A DNA stretch of 64,000 nt, from NCBI GenBank assembly GCA_046712825.1, contig JBKKCR010000084.1:2492-66491 (forward strand), read 5' to 3'. The translations under genes were made by a program, and so were the position numbers. Every line of letters begins with the position of its first letter. The first letter of the stretch is position 1. Under the pieces are notes generated by a model. That model was not told the origin of the DNA. It made no database searches and saw only the letters and a list, made by a program, of their open reading frames with translations. This document shows, piece after piece, positions 26,262 to 36,426 of this stretch. The stretch comes from Actinomycetota bacterium. Its GTDB lineage: Bacteria; Actinomycetota; AC-67.

Positions 26262-27888
26262 GGTCACCAACCAGCCGCCGCCGCTCTCCGGGTACAACGT
26301 CTTCGAGTCCGACCGTGCGCTCGTGGAAGCGCTCGGCCGCGAGGGCGCGGATTGGGCGGAGGACGAGTGCCGCGAGCTCGGGGAGATCGCCGGGTCCGAG
26401 ACCGCGCAGGCGTGGGGTGTCCAGGCCAACGTCAACCCGCCGGTGCTGCGCACCCACGATCGCTACGGGAACCGTATCGACGAGGTCGAGTTCCATCCCT
26501 CATGGCATCGGCTGATGGAGATCGCCGTCTCGCACGGACTTCACGCGCTGCCGTGGCGCGACGACCGGCCGGGCGCGCACGTCGCCCGGGCGGCGATGTT
26601 CATGACCTGGCAGGTCGAGGCCGGTCACGGCTGCCCGATCTCGATGACCTACTCGGTCATGCCGGCGTTGCGGAAGCAGCCGGAGCTCGCGGCGGAGTGG
26701 GAGCCGCGGTTCACCTCGCTCGACTACGACCCGCGCTCGATGCCGTCGGCGTCGAAACGCGGTGCGCTCGCCGGGATGGCGATGACCGAGAAGCAGGGCG
26801 GCTCCGACGTTCGCACGAACGCCACGCGCGCCGTCGCATCCAACGGCGGCGGACCGGGCTCCGAGTACCGGATCACCGGGCACAAGTGGTTCTGCTCCGC
26901 GCCGATGTGCGACGCGTTCCTCGTGCTCGCTCAGGCGCCCGGCGGGCTGTCGTGCTTCCTGCTTCCGCGGTGGCTTCCCGACGGCACGCGCAACGCGTTC
27001 CACATCCAGCGGCTGAAGGACAAGCTCGGCAACCGCTCCAACGCCTCGAGCGAGGTCGAGTTCGCCGGCGCGACCGCGTGGATGGTGGGGGAGGAGGGCC
27101 GCGGCGTTCCGACGATCATCGACATGGTGACCCACACCCGGCTCGACTGCGTGATCGGCACGACGGCGCAGATTCGACAAGGGGTCGCGCAAGCGACGCA
27201 CCACGCCGCGTATCGGTCGGCGTTCGGCAGGACGCTGATCGACCAGCCGTTGATGCGGAACGTGCTCGCCGATCTCGCGCTCGAGTCCGAGGCCGCGACG
27301 ATCACCGCGATGCGGCTCGCGCGCGCGTACGACGCGGGGGCCGACGACGAGGAAGAGATGTTGTTCCGGCGGCTGGCTGCGGCGATCTCGAAGTACTGGA
27401 TCTGCAAGCGGGGCCCCGCGCACGCCGCCGAGGCGCTGGAGGTGCTCGGCGGGAACGGCTACGTCGAGGACTCGGGGATGCCGCGTCTGTTCCGCGAGAG
27501 CCCGCTGAACTCGATCTGGGAAGGCTCGGGCAACGTCATCTGCCTGGACGTGCTCCGCGCGCTGGCGAAGACGCCGCAAGCCCTCGACGCGCTCTTCGCG
27601 GAGATCGAGCTCGCGTCCGGCGCCGATCCACGGCTGGACGCGTTCGTCGCCTCGGTGCGGACGGAGCTCGCCGATCCGACGGACGGGATCGAAGCGCGCG
27701 CTCGCCGTTTGGTCGAACGCTTGGCGCTCGCGCTCCAAGGATCGCTGATGGTGCGCCACGCCTCGCCGGCTGCCGCCGACGCATTCTGCGCGTCACGGAT
27801 GGCGGGTGACTGGGGCCGCGCATTCGGCACGCTCCCGTCCGGGTTGGACCTCGGCGCGATCGTCGAGCGGGCCCGGCCGAAGCTCTAG
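26248..27888 (+). CDS. acyl-CoA dehydrogenase family protein, AidB-like
   Basis: AidB-like N-terminus (FHPSWHRLMEIAVSHGLHALPW) and an ACAD core. Overlaps the TetR stop by 14 bp. The N-terminal extension of the six-frame ORF is discarded. Confidence 0.85.
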   Translation: MPTHEVTNQPPPLSGYNVFESDRALVEALGREGADWAEDECRELGEIAGSETAQAWGVQANVNPPVLRTHDRYGNRIDEVEFHPSWHRLMEIAVSHGLHALPWRDDRPGAHVARAAMFMTWQVEAGHGCPISMTYSVMPALRKQPELAAEWEPRFTSLDYDPRSMPSASKRGALAGMAMTEKQGGSDVRTNATRAVASNGGGPGSEYRITGHKWFCSAPMCDAFLVLAQAPGGLSCFLLPRWLPDGTRNAFHIQRLKDKLGNRSNASSEVEFAGATAWMVGEEGRGVPTIIDMVTHTRLDCVIGTTAQIRQGVAQATHHAAYRSAFGRTLIDQPLMRNVLADLALESEAATITAMRLARAYDAGADDEEEMLFRRLAAAISKYWICKRGPAHAAEALEVLGGNGYVEDSGMPRLFRESPLNSIWEGSGNVICLDVLRALAKTPQALDALFAEIELASGADPRLDAFVASVRTELADPTDGIEARARRLVERLALALQGSLMVRHASPAAADAFCASRMAGDWGRAFGTLPSGLDLGAIVERARPKL

Positions 27889-27908
27889 CCCTCGTCGTCG
27901 GTTGGGGT

Positions 27909-28313
27909 TCAGATCGACGCGAGGTCGATCGCCGTCTCGGGTGCGGCCGCCAGGATCCGGTCGTCGTCGGTAAGGAGTGGGATGCCGCGGGACTCAGCCA
28001 GCGCAACGTAGGCCGCGTCGTACGCGGAGAGTCCCCGGGCGATCCAAGGAGTCAGATCTTCGAGGTCTGCCTCCGCCACCTCGAAAGCGACCATCTTCAG
28101 GGATGCCGCCAGGTCGAGGAGGTCGGCCTCGGCCCATGTCCATCGGCGGCCGGCAACGTTGAGGATCTCGAGAAAGAGCAACGACGGTACGGTTACGATC
28201 AGCTCGCCGGCGCGATGCCGTTCCCTAACGATACGGGCTTGCTCGGAAGAGACCTCCGCATTCGGCGCGAACCACTTGAGCACGACTGAGGCGTCGAGGA
28301 CGGCCTCGGTCAC
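27909..28313 (-). CDS. vapC: PIN-domain ribonuclease toxin VapC
   Basis: LDASVVLKWF...acidic residues (D, E, D, D) in PIN spacing. GTG start overlaps the antitoxin stop by 4 bp. Confidence 0.8.
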   Translation of the reverse strand: MTEAVLDASVVLKWFAPNAEVSSEQARIVRERHRAGELIVTVPSLLFLEILNVAGRRWTWAEADLLDLAASLKMVAFEVAEADLEDLTPWIARGLSAYDAAYVALAESRGIPLLTDDDRILAAAPETAIDLASI

Positions 28314-28558
28314 CGTGCGTCTCGCTCGGCTCGGATCGCGATGGTGGGGTCCTCGGACATGCCGTTGGCGCGAAAGAGCGCGTCCAGCCGATCCATCGCG
28401 CGTCGGACGCTGGCTTGCCGTCCCGGTCCGTTGCGAGCGCCGAGCTCGCGTTCCGCCATTCGGGCGAGGTAGGCGCTTCGCGTGAGGCCTTGGCGTTTGG
28501 CTTCCCGATCGACTCTGGCCAGCAATCGGTCGTCGAAGGAGACAAGAACTTTCGCCAT
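28310..28558 (-). CDS. vapB: ribbon-helix-helix (CopG/MetJ-type) antitoxin VapB
   Basis: MAKVLVSFDDRLLARVDREAKRQGLTRSAYLARMA is the classic RHH N-terminus. Confidence 0.75.
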   Translation of the reverse strand: MAKVLVSFDDRLLARVDREAKRQGLTRSAYLARMAERELGARNGPGRQASVRRAMDRLDALFRANGMSEDPTIAIRAERDAR

Positions 28559-28674
28559 GACCCGGAGGATATCCGGATATCCCTCCTGATGTCAAGCGAT
28601 CCTGACGGCATGGCGGTGATCGAGCGCAAAGAGTCGATGCGCTCTATCCTCCGGTGAGAACCTGAGGGGGCGAG

Positions 28675-29124
28675 ATGACTCCGGAAGAGATGGTCAAGGT
28701 TCAGGACGAGCACATCGCGGCGGAGAACCGTGGCGACGTCGACGCGGCGGTGGCGACGTTCGTGGACGAGTGCTTCCTCGAGATCGTCGCGCTCGGACTG
28801 AAGTTCGAAGGGAAACAGGGGGTCGCGCTTCAATACGCGACACTCTTCTACACGTTCCCCGACGCGGTCCTGAGCATCGACGACCGCGCGTTCGGCGACG
28901 ACACGCTGGTCGAGTGGGGATCGTTCACCGGGACGATGAAGGGCGAGTTCATGGGCGTGGCGCCGACCGGGCGCCGTTTGGATCTGCCCTTCATCGCCGT
29001 CGTCCGGTTCAAGGACGGGCTGATGGAGTCCGAGCGGGCGTACTACGACATCGCGAGCCTGTGCGATCAGCTCGAGATCGGCATCGACGAGGTCCGCGCC
29101 GCGGCGAAGCTCCTCGCCGGTTAG
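28675..29124 (+). CDS. SnoaL-like / NTF2-like (ester cyclase-type) domain protein
   Basis: HIAAENRGDVDAAVATFVDECFLE...FMGVAPTGRRLDLPFIAVVRFKDGLMESERAYYD is a typical SnoaL-like polyketide cyclase fold sequence. Confidence 0.75.
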   Translation: MTPEEMVKVQDEHIAAENRGDVDAAVATFVDECFLEIVALGLKFEGKQGVALQYATLFYTFPDAVLSIDDRAFGDDTLVEWGSFTGTMKGEFMGVAPTGRRLDLPFIAVVRFKDGLMESERAYYDIASLCDQLEIGIDEVRAAAKLLAG

Positions 29125-29358
29125 CTCCTTACGCTGCTGCGGTGGCGCGGCCGAGGACCGCTCGGACCGCCGTCATCGCCGCTTCCACGCCGTCCCGATA
29201 CCCGATCGGCACGTCGTAGAGGAAGGCGCGGCTCATCAGGTCGTCCTCGACGTCTTCCAGCCGTTCAAGTAGGGCTTCCATACGTCCCACCTCCCAGGCC
29301 GACACTAGCGGGTGGAGGTTTCGAGCGGTTTTCGATCGCGTAACGGCTGGGTGAACTC

Positions 29359-29652
29359 TCAGCCGGCCAGCGGGAGGGCGAGGAGCTTCTGCTCGTCCCC
29401 CGAGTCGACGCGGGTGCGGAAATAGGGCTCGAGCCCACAGACCGGGCATTTGCCGATGACGACCTCGGCCTCTATCTCATCGTTCTTGATGAAGAACCGC
29501 TCGCCCGTCCAGACGAGCTGAGTCAGCCGCTCGACGCCGATCGTGATCGGCTCACCCGAGCCGAGATGGCCGGAGGTGTAGCCGACGAGCTTCACATGCT
29601 CGTGCGTGCCGTCGTCCGACAGCACGGTCTGCCTGGCGATGACCTCAGGCAC
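29359..29652 (-). CDS. small hypothetical protein (97 aa) with a single CPVCG motif
   Basis: Protein-like composition. Last gene of the cysH-sirA co-directional string. Confidence 0.5.
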   Translation of the reverse strand: MPEVIARQTVLSDDGTHEHVKLVGYTSGHLGSGEPITIGVERLTQLVWTGERFFIKNDEIEAEVVIGKCPVCGLEPYFRTRVDSGDEQKLLALPLAG

Positions 29653-29721
29653 GGCGCCTCCGCGTCAGGTTGTCGTCGGCGGAAGGATACCGGCTCGTCG
29701 GTCTCGAGTCGCGCCTCCGGA

Positions 29722-29979
29722 TCAGGCGCTCACCAGCTCGACCGCGATCGTCGACACCTCCGCGCCGTCGGCGGTGATGTCGATCTGCTGCTTGGACTCG
29801 GTGGCCCCGGCGGCCTTGGCCTCCAGCGTCCAGGAGCCCGGCGCGACGTGGAACGTGAACTTCCCGTCGTCCTTGGTGTACTGCTCGGAAACGAACTCGC
29901 CGGACGGCCCGATGAGCCGTATGTACACACCTCCGGCCGGCTTCCCTTCCAGAGTTACCGCCCCATTGATCGATGGCAT
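29722..29979 (-). CDS. small transthyretin/CarboxypepD_reg-like beta-sandwich protein (85 aa), possibly SseC/DUF1416-like
   Basis: INGAVTLEGKPAGGVYIRLIGPSGEF...DGKFTFHVAPGSWTLEA is the carboxypeptidase-regulatory-domain-like pattern. Start is 1 bp after the zinc-ribbon ORF stop. Confidence 0.55.
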   Translation of the reverse strand: MPSINGAVTLEGKPAGGVYIRLIGPSGEFVSEQYTKDDGKFTFHVAPGSWTLEAKAAGATESKQQIDITADGAEVSTIAVELVSA

Positions 29980-29980
29980 C

Positions 29981-30163
29981 TCACCCTCCTCCTCCTACTC
30001 GCTTGAACTCCAGCCGCCACAGCCGGTCGCACGTCCGGCAGTGGTAGGTCCCGTGCTCCTCGCCCGGCCGCAGGTCCTGCTCTCCGCAGTACGGGCAGTA
30101 ATACGGTTGCGCGCGCGGCGTCGGCGACTCGCCGCCCCCTTCCGACGTTGGGTCTGCCGTCAT
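29981..30163 (-). CDS. 60-aa zinc-ribbon protein (CPYCG...CRTCD), CysX-like position next to sulfite reductase
   Basis: Four Cys arranged as CxxC-x17-CxxC. Overlaps the sirA stop by 4 bp (ATGA). Confidence 0.5.
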   Translation of the reverse strand: MTADPTSEGGGESPTPRAQPYYCPYCGEQDLRPGEEHGTYHCRTCDRLWRLEFKRVGGGG

Positions 30164-31938
30164 GAGCGCGGCGGCGCGGCGAAGGCGGTCAGCTCTTCGT
30201 CGGAGAGCCCGTTGACGAACTCCGAGAACGAGCGATGACCGTTCCGCCGCACCATGTACCGGCGGATGAGCGTCTCGACGTAGGGAGCGAGATCCTCGCC
30301 GAACACGCGCACCCCCCGCGCCTTCCGCCCGAAGGAGTGGCCCTCACCCAGGTGCCCCCCGAGATGAACCAGGAACGCGTCGGACTTGGTTCCGTTCGAC
30401 CGTTTCATGATCGCGCCCATCAAGCCGATGTCGGCCGTCTGGAACCGGGCGCACGAGTTGGGGCAACCGTTGACGTTGATCTGGATGTGCTCGTCGAAGT
30501 CGGGGATGCGCTCCTCGAGCTCTTGGTAGAGCTGCTGCGCGCGCATCTTCGTCTCCGACAGCGCGAGCTTGCAGAACTCGATCCCGGTGCACGCCATCGT
30601 GCCGCGGCGGAACGCGCTCGGGCGCACGCGGAGATCCTGGTCGCCCAGCGCGGCGACGAGTTCCTCGACCCGGTCGGGCGCTACGTCGACGATCACCATC
30701 TTCTGCTGTGTGGTCGTACGGATCCGCCCGGTCGCGTAAAGCTCGGCCAGATCGGCGACGACGCGGAGTTGATGTCCGTAGATGCGTCCCGCCTTTGGTG
30801 CGAAGCCGACGTATGAGCGTCCGTCGGACTGCTCGAACACGCCGACGTGATCCCGCTGGGAGGTATTCGTCGAAGGCGGCGGGTCGCCGTCGGCGAGCGC
30901 GTACCCGAGGTATTCACGCTCGATCACCTCGCGGAACCTCTCGGGGCCCCAGTCGGCCATCAGGAACTTCAGCCTGGCGTGGTTCCGCGAGCGCCGGTAG
31001 CCGTGATCCCGGAAGGTTCCGGTGACGGCGGCCCACACGTCGGGCACCTGCTCGGGCGTCACGAAGGCCCCGAGCCGCTTGGCGAAGTGCGGGGTCGGGC
31101 CGAGCCCCCCGCCGACCCAGAGGTCGAACCCGGTCTGTCCGTCCTCCCGGCGCACGCCGACGAAGCCGATGTCGTTGATCTCGTGCTGCGCGCACTGCTG
31201 GACGCATCCGGAGATCGAGGTCTTGTACTTACGCGGCAGGTTCGAGAACGCCGGATCGCCCACGAACCGCTTGTGGGTGAGCTCGACGATCGGTGTCGCG
31301 TCGAGGATCTCCTCCGCGTCGACGCCGGCGAGCGGACAGCCGAGGATGTTGCGCGGCGTGTCGCCGCAGGCCTCGCACGTCGTGAGCCCGACACGCTCGA
31401 TCTCCTCGAAGATCCGCGGCACGTCCTCGATCCGGATCCAGTGGAGCTGGATGTTCTGCCGGTCGGTCACGTCCGCCACGTCGCGTCCGAAACGCTCCGA
31501 GACCCACGCGATCGCGCGGAGCTGCTCGGAGGTGAGCAGGCCGCCCGCGATCCGGATCCGGAGCATGAAGAACTCGTCCTCCAGCTCCTCCGGCTCGGCG
31601 GTCGCGGTGGCCCCGGCGGGGGTTCCCTGCTTGCGCTGGGTGTAGAGGCCCCACCAGCGGAACCGCGAGCGGAGGTCGGGCGGGGGGATCGAGCGGAAGC
31701 CTTTGACCGAGTAGATCTTCTCGATGCGATCGCGCACGTTCAGGCCGTCGTCATCGCGCTTCGTTTGCTCGGGCAAGTTGAGCGGTTCGTAGTAGCCGAG
31801 CGCCCACTGGCCCTGTGCGCGCTTGGGCTTGGCCTTCCCGCGGCGCTCGCGTTCGGACGCAGCGCGGGCATGCGAGTCCGGGCGCGCCGGCGCGTTCGGC
31901 GTCGATGCCGCCGCTACTTCGTCGCTTCGTCGATCCAC
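30160..31938 (-). CDS. sirA: ferredoxin-dependent sulfite reductase (NirA/SirA family, siroheme-[4Fe-4S])
   Basis: Near full-length similarity to M. tuberculosis SirA (GQWALGYYEPLN, RFRWWGLYTQR, CGDTPRNILGCPLAG, MACTGIEFCKL, NVNGCPNSCAR). The start is uncertain. GTG 31938 is chosen. The long Arg-rich upstream extension is discarded. Confidence 0.9.
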   Translation of the reverse strand: MDRRSDEVAAASTPNAPARPDSHARAASERERRGKAKPKRAQGQWALGYYEPLNLPEQTKRDDDGLNVRDRIEKIYSVKGFRSIPPPDLRSRFRWWGLYTQRKQGTPAGATATAEPEELEDEFFMLRIRIAGGLLTSEQLRAIAWVSERFGRDVADVTDRQNIQLHWIRIEDVPRIFEEIERVGLTTCEACGDTPRNILGCPLAGVDAEEILDATPIVELTHKRFVGDPAFSNLPRKYKTSISGCVQQCAQHEINDIGFVGVRREDGQTGFDLWVGGGLGPTPHFAKRLGAFVTPEQVPDVWAAVTGTFRDHGYRRSRNHARLKFLMADWGPERFREVIEREYLGYALADGDPPPSTNTSQRDHVGVFEQSDGRSYVGFAPKAGRIYGHQLRVVADLAELYATGRIRTTTQQKMVIVDVAPDRVEELVAALGDQDLRVRPSAFRRGTMACTGIEFCKLALSETKMRAQQLYQELEERIPDFDEHIQINVNGCPNSCARFQTADIGLMGAIMKRSNGTKSDAFLVHLGGHLGEGHSFGRKARGVRVFGEDLAPYVETLIRRYMVRRNGHRSFSEFVNGLSDEELTAFAAPPRS

Positions 31939-32669
31939 TCGAGCTCCTGATCGAATCGCTCGTGCGGCATCTCCTTGTGCAAGCCGCACTCCTTGAACTC
32001 CGAGTTCTCCCACCACCAGCGACCGGCGCGCTCGTCCTCGCCGGGTGCCACCGCGCGCGTGCACGGCGCGCAGCCGATCGAGGTGTAACCCTGGTTGTAG
32101 AGCTCGCTGTAGGGGAGCCTGTGTCCGCGGATGTAGTCCCAGACCTGATCCTTGGTCCAGTCGGCGATCGGGTTCACCTTGACGATGCCGCCGTGCGTCT
32201 CATCGATCTCGACCTTGCCGACGTCGGCGCGAGTCGTGGCCTGGTCGCGTCCGAGGCCCGTGATCCAGCCGTCGAGCTCGGACACCGCGCGCCGTAGCGG
32301 CTCGACCTTGCGGATGTGGCAGCAGAGCATCCGCTGCGTCTGGTGGCGCTGGAAGAGGTTCATGCCGTGCTGGCGGACCATCGCCTGCACGCGGGCGTGG
32401 TCGGGGCTGATCACGTCGACCTTGATGTCGTAACGGTGCCGGACCTCGTCTATGAGGGTGTGGGTCTCCTGCGGCAAGCGTCCCGTGTCGATGGTGAAGA
32501 TCCGAACGTCGCGCCGGATCTTGGTGGCGAGGTCGAGGATCACCATCGATTCGGCTTGGAAGGAGCTCGAGATCGCGATGCGGGGATGGAACTCGTCGAG
32601 AGCCCAGCCGAGGACCTCCTCAGCCGAGGCAGCATCGAGCCGGGTCAGGTCCTCAACGGCGATGGTCAA
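31914..32669 (-). CDS. cysH: adenosine 5'-phosphosulfate (APS)/PAPS reductase CysH, Fe-S cluster type
   Basis: Strong similarity to Mtb CysH including CC...CxxC (MLCCHIRK, ECGLH), which indicates the APS reductase type. TTG start. Confidence 0.9.
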   Translation of the reverse strand: MTIAVEDLTRLDAASAEEVLGWALDEFHPRIAISSSFQAESMVILDLATKIRRDVRIFTIDTGRLPQETHTLIDEVRHRYDIKVDVISPDHARVQAMVRQHGMNLFQRHQTQRMLCCHIRKVEPLRRAVSELDGWITGLGRDQATTRADVGKVEIDETHGGIVKVNPIADWTKDQVWDYIRGHRLPYSELYNQGYTSIGCAPCTRAVAPGEDERAGRWWWENSEFKECGLHKEMPHERFDQELEWIDEATK

Positions 32670-32829
32670 CAGCGGCCCCCGGGGCGACGACGTTTCCCCT
32701 ATCTTTGACGGGAAAACCCCGGATACGCTGCGACTTCATCCGAGGTTCGAGAGAAACTATGACCCCGCCGGAGGTCGCTCGTCAAGTCGTTTGCCCGGTA
32801 ATAACAGTGCAAACCCGGTCGGCGACGCC

Positions 32830-33821
<992 letters not shown>

Positions 33822-33825
<4 letters not shown>

Positions 33826-34427
33826 CCGGTCTCGAGCGCGGTGGCCTCGGCGAGCTCTTCCGGGGTGTTGATGTTGCGGAAGGATCTGCCCGTCGGGTCG
33901 AGGCCGCGCCATACCTCCTCTTCGACCCAGCGCACCCGCAGGCGGTCGAGGGCGCCGCGGAGCGACCGCTCTCCGGCGGCGAGCGCAGCGAGCAACGGCT
34001 CGACGGCACAATCCCCGTAGGCGGCGTGCAGCGGTTGAGGGCCGTCCTCGGTCACGGGGACCACGGCGTCCACGTTGTCGTCGAGGCGGGCCGCAAGATC
34101 GGCCAGCAGCGGCACGCTCAGGAACGGCATGTCGCAGGCGACGGCGACGACCTTGGTCGTGCCGGCCGAGCGGATCCCGGCCACGAGCGCGGGCAGGGGG
34201 CCGGCGTACTCCTCGGCGTCTTCGACGACCGGCACCAGGATGGGCTCCAGCACGCTCCGCTCCCGCGCGCACACGACGACTTCGTCGGTCAGTCCGCGGA
34301 GACGCTCGACGACGACATCGATCATGCGACGCCCGCAGAAGGGGATCGTCGCCTTTTCGGTCCCCATCCGCTTCGAGCGCCCTCCGGCGAGGACGACGGC
34401 GGCGACTCCGGACGTGGCACCATCCAT
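33822..34427 (-). CDS. mobA: molybdenum cofactor guanylyltransferase MobA
   Basis: AAVVLAGGRSKRMGTEKATIPFCGRRMID is the MobA nucleotide-binding N-terminus. Overlaps moaA by 4 bp. Confidence 0.8.
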
Positions 34428-34462
34428 GCAGGCGACGGTACCACCATCGAAGGGAGCAGGGG

Positions 34463-34735
34463 ATGGACGCGACCGAGGAGACATGGATCCGCGGTGTGGA
34501 GGAGGGACTCGGCATCGCGGGCGGGATCGACGACGAGGCGAAACGCGTCCTTCTCCGCTTGACGAAGGTAACGGCCGACGCGACGGGGGTCCGCTACCTC
34601 GCTCCGTTGACCGCGTTCGTCGTCGGGCGCGCGGCGGGTCGCGCGGAGGCGGCGGGGGAGCGTTTCGACCTTCGCGCCGCGTCGGAGGCGGTCAGCGAGC
34701 TGGCGGCGCGGTGGGGTCCTCCGCAGGGAGGTTGA
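34463..34735 (+). CDS. hypothetical small protein (90 aa), weakly supported
   Basis: Protein-like composition. Divergent from mobA. Its 3' end overlaps the moaD/E 3' end by 44 bp. Confidence 0.35.
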   Translation: MDATEETWIRGVEEGLGIAGGIDDEAKRVLLRLTKVTADATGVRYLAPLTAFVVGRAAGRAEAAGERFDLRAASEAVSELAARWGPPQGG

Positions 34736-35381
34736 CCCAGCGCGTGCCGTCCGGGCCGAACTCTTGCTTCCAGATCGGCGCGCGCTCCTTCAACCCGTCG
34801 ATGACGTAGCGGCATGCGTCGAGCGCCTCCGCCCGATGCTCCGCCGAAACCGCCACGACGACGCTTGCGTCGCCGACGCGCAGGCGTCCGACCGAATGCA
34901 TGACGGCGAGCCGGTGCAGAGGCCAGCGTTCACGCGCCTCCCCGACGACGGCGCCGATCGCCTTGAGCGCCATCTCCTCATACGCCGTGTAGTCGATCTC
35001 GGCGACGGCCATACCGTCGTTGGTCTCGCGCACGACGCCGACGAAGACGCCGATCCCGCCTGATGCCGGCGTGGTGACGAAGCCGATCGCTTCCGATGGA
35101 TCGAGCGCGCCCGGCCGGATCTCGACGACGTCGTCCTGCCCGCCGGCGACGGGCGGGAGAAGCGCGACCTCGTCGCCGTCGGCAAGCGGGGCGCTGGGGT
35201 CGACGACATCGGCGTTGACGGCGACGCGCGTGGCCGTCCGGTAGCGGAGGAGCCTGGGCGCGCGCTCGGTGAGGAGATCGAGAACGTCGCCGGCGAGCGC
35301 GCCGGGATCGAGCTCGAGGACGTCTTCGGTGAACCCGGCTGCTTCGGCGAGGCCGCCCCAAAGGCGGACGCGGACCTTCAT
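34692..35381 (-). CDS. molybdopterin synthase MoaD-MoaE fusion (sulfur carrier plus catalytic subunit)
   Basis: N-terminal MoaD-like ubiquitin fold ending in GG (VALLPPVAGG) followed by the MoaE domain (GIGVFVGVVRE...HRLAVMHSVGRLRVGD...APIWKQE). Confidence 0.8.
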   Translation of the reverse strand: MKVRVRLWGGLAEAAGFTEDVLELDPGALAGDVLDLLTERAPRLLRYRTATRVAVNADVVDPSAPLADGDEVALLPPVAGGQDDVVEIRPGALDPSEAIGFVTTPASGGIGVFVGVVRETNDGMAVAEIDYTAYEEMALKAIGAVVGEARERWPLHRLAVMHSVGRLRVGDASVVVAVSAEHRAEALDACRYVIDGLKERAPIWKQEFGPDGTRWVNLPAEDPTAPPAR

Positions 35382-35395
35382 GCCTCGGCCCGCGA

Positions 35396-35596
35396 CTAGC
35401 AGGCGCCGCAGGCGCCCTGCCCACACACCGGAGCCGGCGCGGCTGCGCGGCCGGTCATCCCGGCGATGACGGAGATGAGCCGCCGAACCTCGTGCGCGCC
35501 GCAACGGGGACACGCCGTCTCGTCGGCGGCGGCCATCGAGACGATCTGATCGAAGCGCTTGTCGCACGCGCGGCACTCGTACTCGTAGAGGGGCAT
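35396..35596 (-). CDS. FmdB-family putative regulatory zinc-ribbon protein
   Basis: Canonical MPLYEYECRACDKRF...CPRCG start motif. Confidence 0.7.
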   Translation of the reverse strand: MPLYEYECRACDKRFDQIVSMAAADETACPRCGAHEVRRLISVIAGMTGRAAAPAPVCGQGACGAC

Positions 35597-35633
35597 CGCC
35601 CCGTATGGTAGCGCGACGGTAGGGTGCCCGACC

Positions 35634-36419
35634 ATGGGCTTCGACTATCGAGGCAGCGTGGCCGTCGTGACCGGCGCTTCGTCGGGGATCGGTGCCGCCG
35701 TGGCTCGGGATCTCGCCTCCCGCGGCTCGACGGTCGTCGCGGCCGCGCGACGCAGGGACCTTCTTGAGGCCGTCGTAGCCGATTGCCGCCGCGGCGCCCC
35801 GGCGAGCGAAGCGGTCGTCTGCGACATCGGCGACCGTGATCAGGCCGAGGCGCTCGTGCGGGACGCGCTGTCGCGACACGGCCGGATCGATGTGCTCGTC
35901 AACAACGCGGGCATCCCCATGCGGGTGCACGCGACGCGCCTGTCCGCCGACCAGGTGGAGCAGGTCATGCGGATCAATTTCCTGGGTGCGGTCTGGACGA
36001 CGCTCGCAGTGCTTCCGTCGATGGTGGAACGAGGGAGCGGACGGATCGTCAACATCTCGTCCGCCGCCGGCCGGATCCCCAGCCCGCGGGAGGCCGCGTA
36101 TACGGCGTCGAAGCACGCGCTGGCCGGCTGGAGCGAGGTGCTCGCCGGCGACCTGCACCGCACCGGTGTCGAGGTACATCTGATCAATCCGGGACCGATA
36201 CGAACGGAGATCTGGGACAAGGTCCAGGAGCCCGCGGCCTTCCACGGCAAGCTGCACCCACCCGAGCGCATCGCCGCAGCCGTGCGGGACTGCCTGGAGC
36301 ACGGGAAGTTCGAACGGTCGTTCCCGCGATGGCTGGGAGGCCTTCAGTTCTTCAAGCTCCTGGCGCCGCGCGCATTCATCCGTTCGATCGCCCGGTTCGA
36401 TCGCCGGGCCGACAGATAA
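35634..36419 (+). CDS. SDR family oxidoreductase
   Basis: TGASSGIG, NNAG and S...YTASK catalytic motifs. Confidence 0.85.
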   Translation: MGFDYRGSVAVVTGASSGIGAAVARDLASRGSTVVAAARRRDLLEAVVADCRRGAPASEAVVCDIGDRDQAEALVRDALSRHGRIDVLVNNAGIPMRVHATRLSADQVEQVMRINFLGAVWTTLAVLPSMVERGSGRIVNISSAAGRIPSPREAAYTASKHALAGWSEVLAGDLHRTGVEVHLINPGPIRTEIWDKVQEPAAFHGKLHPPERIAAAVRDCLEHGKFERSFPRWLGGLQFFKLLAPRAFIRSIARFDRRADR

Positions 36420-36426
36420 CCGCGGC

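Noticed and set aside
26500-27759. 419-aa minus-strand ORF and 485-aa plus-strand ORF (26352-27809) over the AidB-like gene
   Set aside because: Arg/Gly-rich artefacts. The AidB-like frame has ACAD motifs throughout.
29129-29449. 106-aa minus-strand ORF downstream of the SnoaL-like gene
   Set aside because: The N-terminal two-thirds is Arg/Pro-rich and overlaps the 29359-29652 gene in another frame. Only a roughly 50-aa C-terminal piece (MEALLERLEDVEDD...) looks protein-like. Insufficient evidence to call.
32670-32829. SAM-I/SAM-IV riboswitch upstream of cysH
   Set aside because: Manual comparison with the S-box consensus (UCUUAUCAAGAG...GGUGCUAAUUCC) found no convincing match. Retained only as a generic candidate leader in the findings.
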